A stretch of DNA of 41,799 nt, filler included, from Bipalium vagum (taxonomy: Eukaryota), in assembly GCA_037834085.1 (NCBI GenBank). It is 2 parts of 2 records of this genome, joined end to end, with 100 filler letters (N's around TTAATTAATTAA, not from the genome) between each part and the next. Parts side by side here need not be neighbours in the genome. Positions count along the whole stretch, not along the records: positions 1 to 24,471 come from JBBMKC010200941.1; 1 more part is not named here. One strand, 5' to 3'. A model generated the notes under the pieces. It saw nothing but the letters and a program-made list of their open reading frames with translations. It had not been told where the DNA came from and made no database searches. Made by a program: the position numbers and the translations under genes. This document shows positions 1-13,000 of the stretch, piece after piece (position 1 is the first letter of the stretch; the number at the start of each line of letters is the position of its first letter).

Positions 1-533
1 ATAGTAACATAAGGTTACTATAATTAAAAATATAGAAAAATAAAATAATATAAATACTGAAGTATTTCAGTAGTAAGGCACACAAAAATAGTCACAAGAA
101 GGACAAAAAATAAATATGGAAAACCGTCTGAACCATTCAAGAGGTCAAGAAGAAAACCCGATGAACTCCATAGAAAAGCAGACGCTATTCAGAGCCATAA
201 TCAGAACATTTCTCAGCCATATTCGGAGCAGTTCTCAATCACATTCTGAACAATTCAGAATAATTCAGAACAACAACAATATTCAGAATCAATTTGGAAC
301 TCTACAAGAAACATTTACGAACAATAATCATCTATCTCAGAGTCCATCATTCAAGGAGAATTAACCTTTAGTAATTTATTTTGTTGCTACAAATTTATTA
401 GATTTGATTACAAGTCTAAATAAACTTTTATTATTAAATAAATAAATATAAAATAATTTTTATCTTCATACTGTTCGCAGGTGAACCGATACTTAAATAA
501 AACATAATAATAAAAATTAAAAACTATAATTTG

Positions 534-1412
534 ATTACGAATTATAAGTTATTCATTAAATTAAGTAAATACTAAGGATTGGACAGCTACTCCAATACCT
601 CAGGATCAAATAATTATTCTCTTTTTTACTTATTTCCCAGTATCTCCTTTTTTTGTGTTGTTCACGTCTAGTAGGACGGAGAACCGAATTTTTATCTTAG
701 GGCCCTTGAGAGTAAGATACCGAAGGGTGTTCTGACTCTTCTATTAACTCTTTGTCTCGGGTTTTAACTTAAAATTAAATTGTATTTAAAAAATAAAGTT
801 GTTAGATTTATATAAAAAATATATTTTATAAAGAGCAACTTGTTATCTCAGTTTATCGATTAAAAGTTTATCGTTTTGAAAGTTAACAGGTTTTGAAATC
901 TGTATCTGTTAATAAATTTGAGAAGTTCACTTTTAGTAATCAACATTTTATTGCCACTCACATTTTAACTTCGAACGTACGCGCACTAAATCCTTCTGAA
1001 TTTGTATATATTTTATGTTAAGTTCCTAAAAAGTCTAATATCGATATTCTAAACCCGAATAAATATTAACAATTATTTTTATTTTCATAATAAATTATCA
1101 TTTTAATTTTCAAAAACTTAAAAAAATATATTTTGTATATAAATCTAACTTTATTTTTTAAATACAATTTTACTTTTAAGTTAAAACCCGAGACAAAGAA
1201 TTAATAGAAAAGCCAGAACACCCTTTGGTATCTTACTCTCAAGGGCCCTCAGATAAAAATTCGGTTCTCCGTCCTACTAGACGTGAAGAACACAAAAAAG
1301 AAGATACTGGGAAATAAGTAAAAATATAACAATCATTTGATCCTGAGGTATTGGAGTAGCTGTCCAATCCTTAGTATTTACTTAATTTAATTAATAACTT
1401 ATAATTCGTAAT
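534..1412. mobile_element. Non-autonomous foldback/MITE-like element with ~290-bp terminal inverted repeats
   Basis: 534-~827 is the near-exact reverse complement of ~1123-1412 (e.g. GGATTGGACAGCTACTCCAATACCTCAGGATCAA vs TTGATCCTGAGGTATTGGAGTAGCTGTCCAATCC). The ~295-bp spacer is non-coding. TA at 536-537 and 1409-1410 could be a TSD. Confidence 0.75.
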
Positions 1413-1884
1413 AATAAATAAGATAAAATATTGTCAAATGTATTATAATTGTCAAATTGTCATTTCGAGGATTCTTAAGTTTCCCCACTTTCATATAAAT
1501 ATAAAGTTTAGTTACCATTTAAATCAACGTATACTGTAAATATTAAAAATATTGATGAAAAAAGTTTTGTTTATCCGGCTTTAAAGAATTGATACCAATA
1601 TTTAATTAATTCAAGTCAGGTGAATTTTTTCCACAATATCTGAGTATACATTGTAAGCCAGAAATTATTTTATAACCTAGAATTAAACTAATCATACATA
1701 CAAGCTAATTCTAATTTTTTTGAAACCGCAAATGTTAAAACGAAGTTCACGGGTGAAGAGAAATTCTATAAAAGTCAAGGTACCAAATGATAAAATTTCT
1801 TGTTTAAAGTTCATAGAGACTATAATTAATAATCAACAGGATTTTTCCTTATTTTAATAATTAAAAAATTAACAAGATTATTAT

Positions 1885-3103
1885 TAGGGCAACCAGAATT
1901 TTGACTTTATTCATAAAATTTTTTTATTTCCTAACTTTCCTATCTGGAAATTGAATTATGATAAATTATCAAGTATTTTCTTAAATTTTCATCATTAAAT
2001 TGTCATTCCTTTGTACATAATTAGTTAAGGAATACAACATTCCTCTCAATATACCTTGGTGTACATTTCCAAACGTATTTTATTTGTATTGTATTTTAAT
2101 CAACATATTGATTAAATTCTTATTTTGAATTACTTTTCTGACGCTGTTGAATAAAACATCATAACCAGAACAATGAGAATTAATTTCAACAACTATTGGC
2201 AAATGTTTAGCATAGTACAATGCTGCCTTGAGCCAACTTCCAAATCGCAGTAAAATCGTTTGCTCTCGTTCGATTTTTAATGGTTACATTCTTTATGGCC
2301 CTAATGATTAATTCATCAAGTTACTCTAATTTTCAATTATGGATCAAGTGTGTAATTTATGTTACTTGAAAAAGTTGTGGGGATAATAAGTGTAATGTTC
2401 GACCGCAGAAATCATATACGGCGTTGCAACTGTGAGCAATAAATTGAAATTATTGCGTTTAATTCCGAGGAAATTAATTGCATCATCAGTTATTCTCTAC
2501 ATATGTTCAGCATTAGTAGTACCACGTAATGGAATGCATTCAAACAACATTGTTTTCTCAGAATTTTCAAGAATTTTAACACACATGTTCACATACTTTT
2601 TTCCATCAATATTGCTCTGTACTACAATTAAGAAAGCTGGTTTGTCCTTAAGGTACATCTTGATTGTTGTAATTTCTTCACCGCACTGTTTAGAAACACA
2701 TGCTCTACATGTAATCTCTGACGGTATTGAATGACCGACAGATGTAAAGATAAACATTTATTATTTTATTTTTCAAATATAATTTGTTAAATAATTTGCA
2801 AAATGAAATATTAAATTAGGTTAGATGTTTAAAAATGAATATAAGAATTTTTTATTAAAACACTTTATTATATATTTAATATTGATATAATTTATAAGGA
2901 TAAATTCACTAGTTGAAAATTAAAATATGTATTTTTTAAAATTTTTTATAACTTATTATTAATAATTTTTGTGTAAATTGACAAAATTTGACTTAATAAC
3001 CTTGGATATAATATAGTTGGAGAAACTGTTGTTCCATTTTATATACTTTATTTTTAAGTCTTTTAAAATCTCAATTTGGACTTTTTTGAAATTGGTTGCC
3101 CTA
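1885..3103 (-). mobile_element. Decayed hAT-superfamily DNA transposon (Blackjack-type TIR; DUF659-like transposase remnant)
   Basis: TIRs TAGGGCAACCA (1885) / TGGTTGCCCTA (ends 3103). Flanks ATTATTAT vs ATTATGAA match 6/8, a candidate 8-bp TSD. Minus-strand remnants include ORF 2497..2757, 'FNLLLTVATPYMISA' and 'RFGSWLKAALYYAKHL' (cf. TRWGxWLxAALYY). Confidence 0.75.
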
Positions 3104-3517
3104 ATTATGAAAGTCTGAAAAAGCAAAAATGCCAAATTTATCTACATGTATTTTTAGAATGAAATTTAACACTTATGTCTTTTTGAAGATTCTTATGAGA
3201 TACATAAGAATCTTTTTTAAAAAAATTATAATGAAGTAAAAAAGAAAACACCTTCTTAAATAAAATATTTTTTTTATATTTATATAATATTGGAGTTATT
3301 TTTATAAATTATTTTTATTATATATTTATTTTTAAAAAAATTAACTTTTCTATTCTGAAGAATGAAAATAATCAAAAGAAAACCAACAACAGCCACTATT
3401 ATCAGTTCAGGCCTTAAAACTGATTTCTATAAAACCATAATAAATTGATTTCCCCTTTATTTTATTGACATTACAATGATATTGCCATCCTTAAAATATT
3501 TCTGCTATATTTTCTAA

Positions 3518-4079
3518 TCAAATCAAAAAATCATCATTTTTGGCATTAGAGTTTTCGTAAATGAACTCAGATTTCGCTTTACAGGAAAAGGTCACGAAAT
3601 ATCGAGAAGCAAATTCAAATGGGTCCTTGGGTTTCCGTATAAGAACCGCTTGCATGAAACCTCGTAAAATCATTTTGATTTCCATGTGATCGCGCAGATA
3701 TCGCAAACTGTTGGATTTGTTCACCTCCTGAAAACCATAGTAAGAAAACAGTTCGATAAAACAACAAAGAGAATTTATGTGCATTTGAAGTGAGGAATGT
3801 GTATGTGTCATAATCAAGTAAAACTTGCTTTCATGTCCAAAAATCGCGAAATCATTTGAACGTCGTCTTCCCAGATAAGGTCTGACATCTTAAAGACCGG
3901 TTTCGTGAGAAATGAATCTGAAGACAAGAATATCAGTAAACAAATTAGAAATTTACTCAAATGAAAATCAGTAAAAAAAAGTTACTACGTATTTTTATTT
4001 TTAACATTTTATAGCCTTACGACCTTCCTCGAAAAATAAGACTACCGAAGGAAAAGAGATAGTTTGAGATCCAAGGCAA
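3518..4079 (-). CDS. CATIP: CATIP exons 6-8 (C-terminal RIIa-like dimerisation/docking domain)
   Basis: Exons 4079-4021, 3917-3829, 3727-3518. YLRDHxEIKxILxGFMQAVLIRKPKDPFEFASRYF is an RIIa-type fold motif. The listed ORF 3518..3817 includes intron sequence at its N-terminus. Confidence 0.8.
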
Positions 4080-7000
4080 CTAATGCTGCCTTCAGCTGAT
4101 GACAGCTCATATTGGTCTTTTCGGATGAGAAGCAGTTAATGTTATCATAATAAGCTATAGGGGCATAGTGAATGCGATTCAAAATTCTGTTGATTATTTT
4201 CTTTTTAAATTTGCGTTAACTTTCAAAAAATGTTAGTATAATTTTAAGTATTTTTTATATCTTCCCGGGGTTACAACAGAATCTAAATATAATTAAAGAG
4301 TTAGTCATGTTAAGCTTACATGGTTAATATTAAACTATTAACAGAAGTTTGATGAAGAATAATAAAAATAATAAATTAAAAAATAATAATAATAATAAAT
4401 TCATCAATTCAAAGTAATTCATACAAGTTCTAATCAATTTTAAATAATGAAAAAATTGAGCAAACTAAAATAATTATAAATGAATAATACTTAAAAAACG
4501 AATTATCTAAATCAAATAAAATGTATATTCCAACGATTAATGACTTATAATATTTTAAAATAAACTGAAGTAGTCTTGAATTATTGTATAAAATAATATA
4601 ATACTAATTGAAATACGGGTCTGACAAACTGAATAAATACAACAACTTTTAGAGTAGATATTATTGGAAAATCGACTCCATATCCCATATAAAATAAATT
4701 TATTTTTCATTAAAATTATTTCAAGTTTAAAATCAGAGATCATTTCTTAATTTACAAATTAGATCAAAGTTTTAAAATTTAAATTTAAACCAAGCATTTA
4801 TGGATATTTTTATTTTTATTAAAGTGATATTTTTTGTTCTCCCTATATTCTTTTACAGGATGACCCACTTTCCATTATAAAAAATAAATAAAATTTTTCT
4901 CTGTTAATAAAATACTTAATTGTTTATAATAAAAAAATAAAATTAAAATGGAATTTTATTTTAACTGTGAAAAATGATGTGACAAAACTAATTCCCATTA
5001 TACGTTTCGCAAGTTGGGGATATCTTTCAAATATCTTCCATGACATTTCTTAGAAAATGTGAATGTAGTTCCTGAAGTTTTACTTCGATCTTGTTTTTAA
5101 GCTACTGTACAGTTATGGGCTGAATAGTAAGTTTAAGGGCGGTCTTTCAGGTAACCCCAAAGGAAAAATTTTGATAATATACTGATGGTCAATATATGTA
5201 ATGTCAGTTTATGTAATATAGTAAATATTTTGTAAATTTTGAATTTATTTAAGTCAAATTTTTTGACACAGGAAGTTTAAATTTTATTAAGTAATTTTTA
5301 AAGTTTAAATAATTTTTAATTAAAAAGTATATTAGATTCTAATTCAATTATGCACAACATATTTGTAAGAAAACTGGCCATTCAATGGAGAACAGAAGGG
5401 CTTAGGTATTTGGTCATTGCGACAAGATTGATTATAACACACGATGCAGCCTGCAATTTAAGCGTCTACAGATTGAAAAGAATTAAGTTGAAGACAGGAC
5501 CGAAGTTAAAATGGATAAGGCGTCTAAGTTGCGAGTAAAACGGAAGATTTGTTTTTAATGAATACAAAGAAAAGGTAAATGCAACTAAATTAATAGAAGA
5601 ATGTGATTTAGATGTATCAAAAAGTATGGTACACAGATATTTAAGGAAAACTGGTTTCATATACAAAAGGATGTCAAAAGCAATTACGTTTGCAATGCAT
5701 AAGATCATGGATTTCGTTTAATCATGATTGGGATCTTACATTTTTTTCTCACGAGAAGCTGTTTTCTTTGGATGGTCCAGATGATTGGAGATCCTATGTA
5801 CAAAAATCATTCCCAAGTTATCACATTAAGAGGCAATGCAAAGCGTTATGGTATGGATGATGACAATGCCAAACGGTCTGCTGTCTTTCAAAGTCGTAAA
5901 AGGAACGAACCATGAATTCAAATGGATACATTAAGCTTTTGTCAGAAAGTGATGTGCCCTTAATAAAATTAAATTATGGAGAAAATCGGTAGTTCCAGGA
6001 GGATAATGCTTCGGTGCACAAAAGAAAGTGAAGGAATTCATGAAAAATCATGTATATCGGTATTGGAATGGCCGGCCAAAAGCCCAGATCTGAATATTGT
6101 TGAAGACTACAGGAAAATAATATCAGATCTAGTCTACGATGGAAACCAGTTCAACGGTAAGTATGTTTCAGTTGAAAAAAACAATGCCGTCATAAATCAT
6201 CTTAATGCCAACAATCGATACAAAGTTATTGATTTATAAAAGTCAATTAGACGTCGTGTACAGTATTAGAAAAGCATGGTGATTAGTATAATCGTTAGGT
6301 TTTCCCTATAAATAAATGTGTCAAAAAATTTGATATTTTCATTTTCACATTTTAATATAATTTAGTCTATTGTAAAACAATATGTGAAACCCATTTTTAT
6401 ATTCATTATTTTTAACTCGTTTAGTAACCAAATTTAATAATTTATTGAACATAAGTTTCTTAGATTAATAAATCACAGGTGTCACAAAAAACATGACCAC
6501 CAGTATATTAGGCTAGGCAAACGTGTAGGTATTGAAAATCTGAATTTCGGAAAATTATTTGTTTTCCAACTGCCTTAGAAACCTCACTGTTGTTCTGGCA
6601 GTATGATCAGTCGTCCCATCTTTTTGTCTTCATATTTCAAACATGTCATCTATTTCTTAGCGCACAAAAATTTCCAACATTTTTCGATATCGATCTTCTG
6701 CGACCTTAACTGAAATTCCTTTTTAGTCCTCAAAAAAGTAAGATCCAAACTCCAAAATCTTGTATTTCGATTATTGACAGCCAATGCGATGAAAATGCGA
6801 TTTATTTCTCTATCAATACAGTAACTTTTTTACTTACTCTTTGAATTGGAATTACATATTTTATCCTCTATTAGTAATGTATTAAAAATAAGATTTGAAC
6901 AATTTTGATTTTGTACGGGTGCATAGTTTTGTCTCCTAAAATTCGAGACCAAAAAGTACTTGAAACTCAAATTTTTTGACGTCTTCAAGTAGGTATTCGA

Positions 7001-10000
7001 GAATTTTCCAGAATAATGTCCTGTGCACAGATTTTTAAAAAACTTTCGAAAATTGGTCTCCGATCGATCTAAATGCCAACCAGAAACCTGTTGTAAACCC
7101 CTAACCAAGTTACATATTACTGGTTTTCTGCTTTCAAAATGTTACATATTCTCTTTGGTAAACACTTAGTTTGGTAATAGAATTCGATAATTGTTATCAA
7201 CCTCTCTATCGGATATTGTTCCATATTAAATTACGAAGAATTAAAGTTTATAAATCTTTAAAAAAAACTAATTTTCAATATAACTATTATTCAAGATCTA
7301 AATATGAAAATGACCTTAGGGCGCCCGAATTTGAACACTTTTATGTATGTCGGAAGTCTGAATTATTAAACGAATTTTAGTATAAATTTATACATTCTTT
7401 ACTAAATAATAATTATAAAATGATCTAAAGATATTTTAAAATAAGAGTAAATTCGCTTGATTATGATTGAATGGAATAGGTATAAAGTTCACATAACATT
7501 TTTAAAAAAATATCGTGAAAAATTGTCTGTGATCACATTGGGGTCTACTTCTTTTGATAACATTAACACAAGGATATAAAAATTACCATATCTATTTATT
7601 TTTATTATATCAATCAACATTTTTATTTAAAACTTATTACCTTTTCCTAAGTCACATTTTATAAAAACAAATTTATTTGAAATATTGATCTAGTATTTGA
7701 TCTAGTTTTTCGGCGTTTCTTTGAGTCCAATAATTTCCTAATGAATTGTTCATATTCATAATGTTTCTGAAAGTTTTTCGTTCGATGTTGAACACCGTGG
7801 AGAAGAATTTTCAAAGCTTTCTACATTTGAAAATTGGATGGAGGAGTTTCTAAATTGTCTTATTTTTCAATTTTATCTTCATTGTTTAGTGATATATTGG
7901 AATCTAAAAGATTGACAAATACATTATGTTATTATTGTTACTACTGTTTGGACATCATTATCAATATCTAACCGATTATCAAATTCGTCTATTGACATAC
8001 CACCCAGGCTGTTGATAAAATTCAGAATCTAGTCCACTCTTTCTGAAGCAATTTATGATTGAATTCTCTGCAATATGTCTCCACCACATTACTACCAAGT
8101 AAAATGCATCGATGAGGTAAAATTCTTCTTTTAACTTCATTTGCATCAAATGGATCTGGATTATCAAGTTCATATATGATTCGAGCATGAATTTCTTTGT
8201 GGTAAAAAGTTTTTTAAGTTTGTATAATACCTTGAGCATATGGCTGAATTAACGATTTAGTATTCGAAGGTAAGTAAATCATTTTGATATTCTTTAATGA
8301 CATATTGATTCGATGTGCTGTGCAGTTATATATTACAAAGACAATTTTCGGCTTTCTCTGAAGATCAAATTTAACCAACCAATGGCTAAAAAATTACACA
8401 AGTCACTCATGCATTTTGATTAGAATCATAATTTACAAGCAAACGTTGACCTGATTTAAAACACCGAGGAATTTTACCTTTTCCAATTACCAAAAAGTCT
8501 TTCTTCTAACCTTCCATATTACCACAAAGAATTTTCATTCGGTCTTTTAAAGTTTTGAATCCTTTTTATCACTTTAATTTTTAAATAAATATATTTCAGG
8601 CATTACACGACAATAGAGTGCCATTTCATTTGAGTTGTAAATATCTTCAGTTCATAATCAGAAATAATTTTTGGTCATTCTCTTTATCGAATAACCAGCC
8701 GCACGAAAATCAGCACTTTTTTGTCACCTGGCCATGCGCTTGTACACGAAATTTTCTCGATTTGTCCAATTCTCCATCAGTTGCATTAAAATTTTCTACA
8801 CCAATATTTTGTGCAAATTCAAATGCTATTTGTCGCATAATATTCCCGTTAATCGAGCATGTTTTTTCCGAACATTTCTGAACCCATTTTTTAAAGATGA
8901 TTCAACTTGGACATCTCCCGATCGTGTTCTTTTCATATTTGTATTAGTGAATTTTTCAATTCCAATGTCTGCTATGTTTTTTATCAGCATACATAAAAGA
9001 GGCTGAGAAGCATTTAAATGAATAACTGCAGCGCGTTGACTCATTTTAAATAATTTGTCATAGGGCTTCAATTCTTTGTTTTACATTTACGGACAAATTC
9101 ATACGCTTCATATTTATTTTTAAATTCACAATTTTTAGATTGTGTGATAATCTGACTTAAAACTTAAACAAATGTAATTGATTTGTTAAATTCTTTATTA
9201 GATGATAAAATTTAATTCTTAATAAATTTATAACATTACAGGTGATCACATTAAGCGGATTCTATTGTATTTTGATATTTTATGTAATATCTGGGCTGAC
9301 CAAAAATTAATGATCCTTTAGTCGTTGAACATATTGTGAGTAATGTGACTAAATGAAATTTACTTGAAAGACTATTGCTAACAAAAATACATGTAAAAGA
9401 TGAATTATATAGTTCACTGTTATCCTTAGTTAATGTGCACATATTGTAAGCCTTAATTTAATAGGGCAACCAATAATATGTATTTAACTAATCTCATCTT
9501 AAATGAGTAAAATTTATTTAAATTATGCTGCTTTTTTTAACGATGGATTCATGTGTGTAAGAGTTCATTACTTATAAATTGTTGCCAACAAAAAAAGAAC
9601 TAAAAGTCAATTCTTATTAAATTGATTACAATTGGTTATTAAAATTCTTACAAAGTAATTCGACATATTTTTCTTTATTATCAGAAATTGACACCAATGG
9701 CTAATACATGTCTGATACAGTCGGATATTAACTGAATTTTTAAAGTTACATACCACGACGTCTTCTTTGTTAATACACAATATTTTCTAAAGATATTTTA
9801 ATGTTAGAGTCTGAAGTGGCTGGACATAGTCATACTCAAAAATCATTTATTTTCAATCACTTTTAAGTACTTTATGGAGAACGGCTCATTACTTTCCCGT
9901 CAGCCCAAATATTAATATTTATTTCAAATGATTAAAATTAAGAGTAAATATCAATTTTATTTTATTAACTTCTTTAATTAATAAAACACACTCTTCTAAT

Positions 10001-13000
10001 GAATTAAAATTAACTAATTCTATTATAGAGGAGAATAAAAAATCTATTGATCCGTGAGACCAATGTTGTTTCCTTATAACCGATCTAAATCAAGTTTAAA
10101 ATAATTTAAATTGTTGAAGAATTGAAGTAAAGATCACAATGAGAATTTTAGAGAAGGATCTTTGAAACTTTAGAAATACGATAATACCATTTTCACTTCG
10201 AATTACAGCTCGAATTATTACGAGTATGAAGAAGTTGATATGAATAACAATTATTAAGGATGTGAATTTTTTGTGGCATATTGAGAATTGTTAAAATATA
10301 AAAAACATCTCAGCTTCTTATCAAAAAGCCAAAGAAAACAATCTTCGATATATACCTAATTGACATTTTTTACACCCATTTTAATTTTTACGGAATACAT
10401 ATTTCAAATTTATTGAACACATTTCATTTTTATAATAAGTTGAATTATTAGTATAAATGACAACAAATAATTCTTAAAATCGAAAAACAAGAAAATTAGT
10501 TAGCAGACAAAAGTTAACCGTATTTAAATCTTTATTGTAGACAGGAAAAAAGAAAAATGAAGTTATGCAACTGCTGTGTATCTCCAAAAGCACTTATCAA
10601 TTTCTTCGCATCAAATATGAAAATGGAGATTTAAATGACTTATCCTCGGTTAAAGATTTTAAAGATAATAAACCAAAGACAAGAGTTTACTTAAAGAAAA
10701 AAATCTCTCATTATTGATTCTTGCTCCAACAAGACATTATGAGACATATCCAAGAACTTCCAATCATAAATGTCAACAATTTCAGGAACTATTAAGGATA
10801 TTTGTTATTCGTGGAAAGTGATAACAAAAATCACAATAAATAGGATCTCTAATCAAAACAAGGATGCAATGGTCGTATACGATAATTCAATCTGAAATAC
10901 CATGGATTCTAATATAATCTTCATTTCTATTTGCTATTTTATATATTTTTTATGCCTATGATTTAAAAATAAGGTTTATAATTCAGACTATTTTACAGAG
11001 TTTATTTTGGAAAAATTGCCAACTATTCAACAAGGACAAAACAAAGTAATTTTGATGGATAATGCGTTCACAAGATCAATTTAGTGAAAACCGAAAGGTT
11101 TATTTTAATTTTCTGTCTCCATACTCACCTCAATTGAATCCAATTGAAGAGTTTTTTTCAAACCATAAATCTAAACATGCAGCAATAACATGGCCCAATA
11201 ATGCACAAGAAATTGTTAGCAGACTCTAAGATATTTTATCTACCTACATTTCCTCTTTCATAGGCTTTTATATCCACATGAGAGAATTTGTAACAAAGGT
11301 AAGAAATCGTTTTAAAAAAAATTGTAAATTATATTTTTTTATTAATATATGTACTTAAATATAATAAGTGTTTTAAACAAGTATTAAATACAGAAAAATT
11401 CATAATAATAGAAATTTAATTTGAAAGAGTTTATTTAAAATACGAAATTGGTTAAAATAATGAAAAGGGTTGTAATACTTCGAAAGGATTCTAAACTACA
11501 AGTTATTCTCATTTAACCTTGTTGGAAAGAAGAGAAATTTCTTATCCACAACAAAATACTTAGTGATTAATTAAAGGATTTACAAGCCGAAAAGGCGAGA
11601 TACTTTAACTAAGGAACTGAATCAGCTTCAGCATGACTTCATTGATATCTTCGAAATTCTTAAAAGACATTGAGTCTTTCTTTTTATTCTTATATTTATT
11701 AACATAATTTCACGTTCAGAATGGTGATTCTTTAAATCAGAAAGGTATCCAAGAAAAGCTTCTTGAGTCAAATATTTCCCGCAGTCAAAGATCAATATCG
11801 AATATTTTGAAGAAAGTTGGAAATAAGAGAAAAAGATTTAAAGAAACGCTCAGTAAGAATCCTATCTCTAGATATTATTCTCCAAAGAAAATATTTTGCA
11901 ATGGAAATTCAAAAAATAAATACAATAATGTTTTTTATGGGCGAAACTAGACTAAATTTACACTTAACAACTAATTATAGATATTCTCTTCGCAATATTG
12001 ACGCTATAAGAACTGCTCCAGAAAAAAAATAGAGGTAGAAACGTTTCAAAACTTGCACTTGTATCTTCGAATAAGATTACACATACTAAAATAATTGAAG
12101 GTGCATACAACGGGACTTTATTCTTAGAATTTTAGAAACAATGTTCCATTTACTAATTTCCAAACAGTATGCTTACTATAGTAAATGTGAAATTTCATCA
12201 TAGAAGAGATGCAGGCGAACTTGCTTCTTTAAAAAATCGAATTACGATACTTTCCTCCGTATTCTCCAAAGCTGAACCCTGTTAAAAAGACATTTATTCT
12301 ATTAGACTATTTGCAAGAACTAGACAAGAATTGAAAGAAATGGTTATAAAGGTGATAAATGATATGAATCAAAATGGAAGATTAGATTACAATGTATTCT
12401 ATGAACATATGAGAATGTGCATTGATTATACTTTTATTCGAGAGTTGTTTTAATGTTAAACCATTGTTGTATTGTTAAATAAATTATATTATAAAGTGTT
12501 TGTAATTATTCCGTATTTCAAAATGGACATTTGTAAATTCAAATTATATATAATCGAATATTATACATGTATAAGTAAATAAATTTGCAATAATCAATTT
12601 TAAATAAACCGAAAGACTTAAAATAATTGATCACTTAGACAAATTGACTTTAATTATAATAATTTTGCAAAATAGACAACAGCCTGTTAACGTTTCAGCT
12701 TCAAAATTTATAGAATCATCTTGAATATTAAAAAATCGATACTTTTTCTTATTCCAAATATAATCAATAACAAAATTAATTTAAATTAAAAGCAATTAAA
12801 ATCAAGAACTATTTGACTTTAGAGTAACATTAATAGAATCTTGGATCGAAGTATTTGTCCTTAGAAAAGAATCTCAAATAAAGTTATTTAAGAAACGACT
12901 TGCGATAATTCATGTTTCAATCTGATATTCGATTCATGTAACTGACTTTTATGGAAAGAGGAAAGAAATTTCTCAATTTCAAATATTTCAAAATTATTAA

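Noticed and set aside
3518-3888. Stand-alone 89-aa RIIAD1-like gene starting MSDLIWEDD
   Set aside because: The frame extends upstream (SFLTKPVFK) to a splice acceptor and joins the CATIP N-terminal exons in phase; it is the CATIP C-terminus.
4095-4130. CTGATGA hammerhead-like core (also at ~27405)
   Set aside because: No correctly placed GAAA or stems I-III could be formed.
7319-7330. GGCGCCCGAA resembling a tRNA-Lys primer-binding site
   Set aside because: It lacks the leading TGG context and downstream CAGGGAC, and there is no adjacent LTR or gag.
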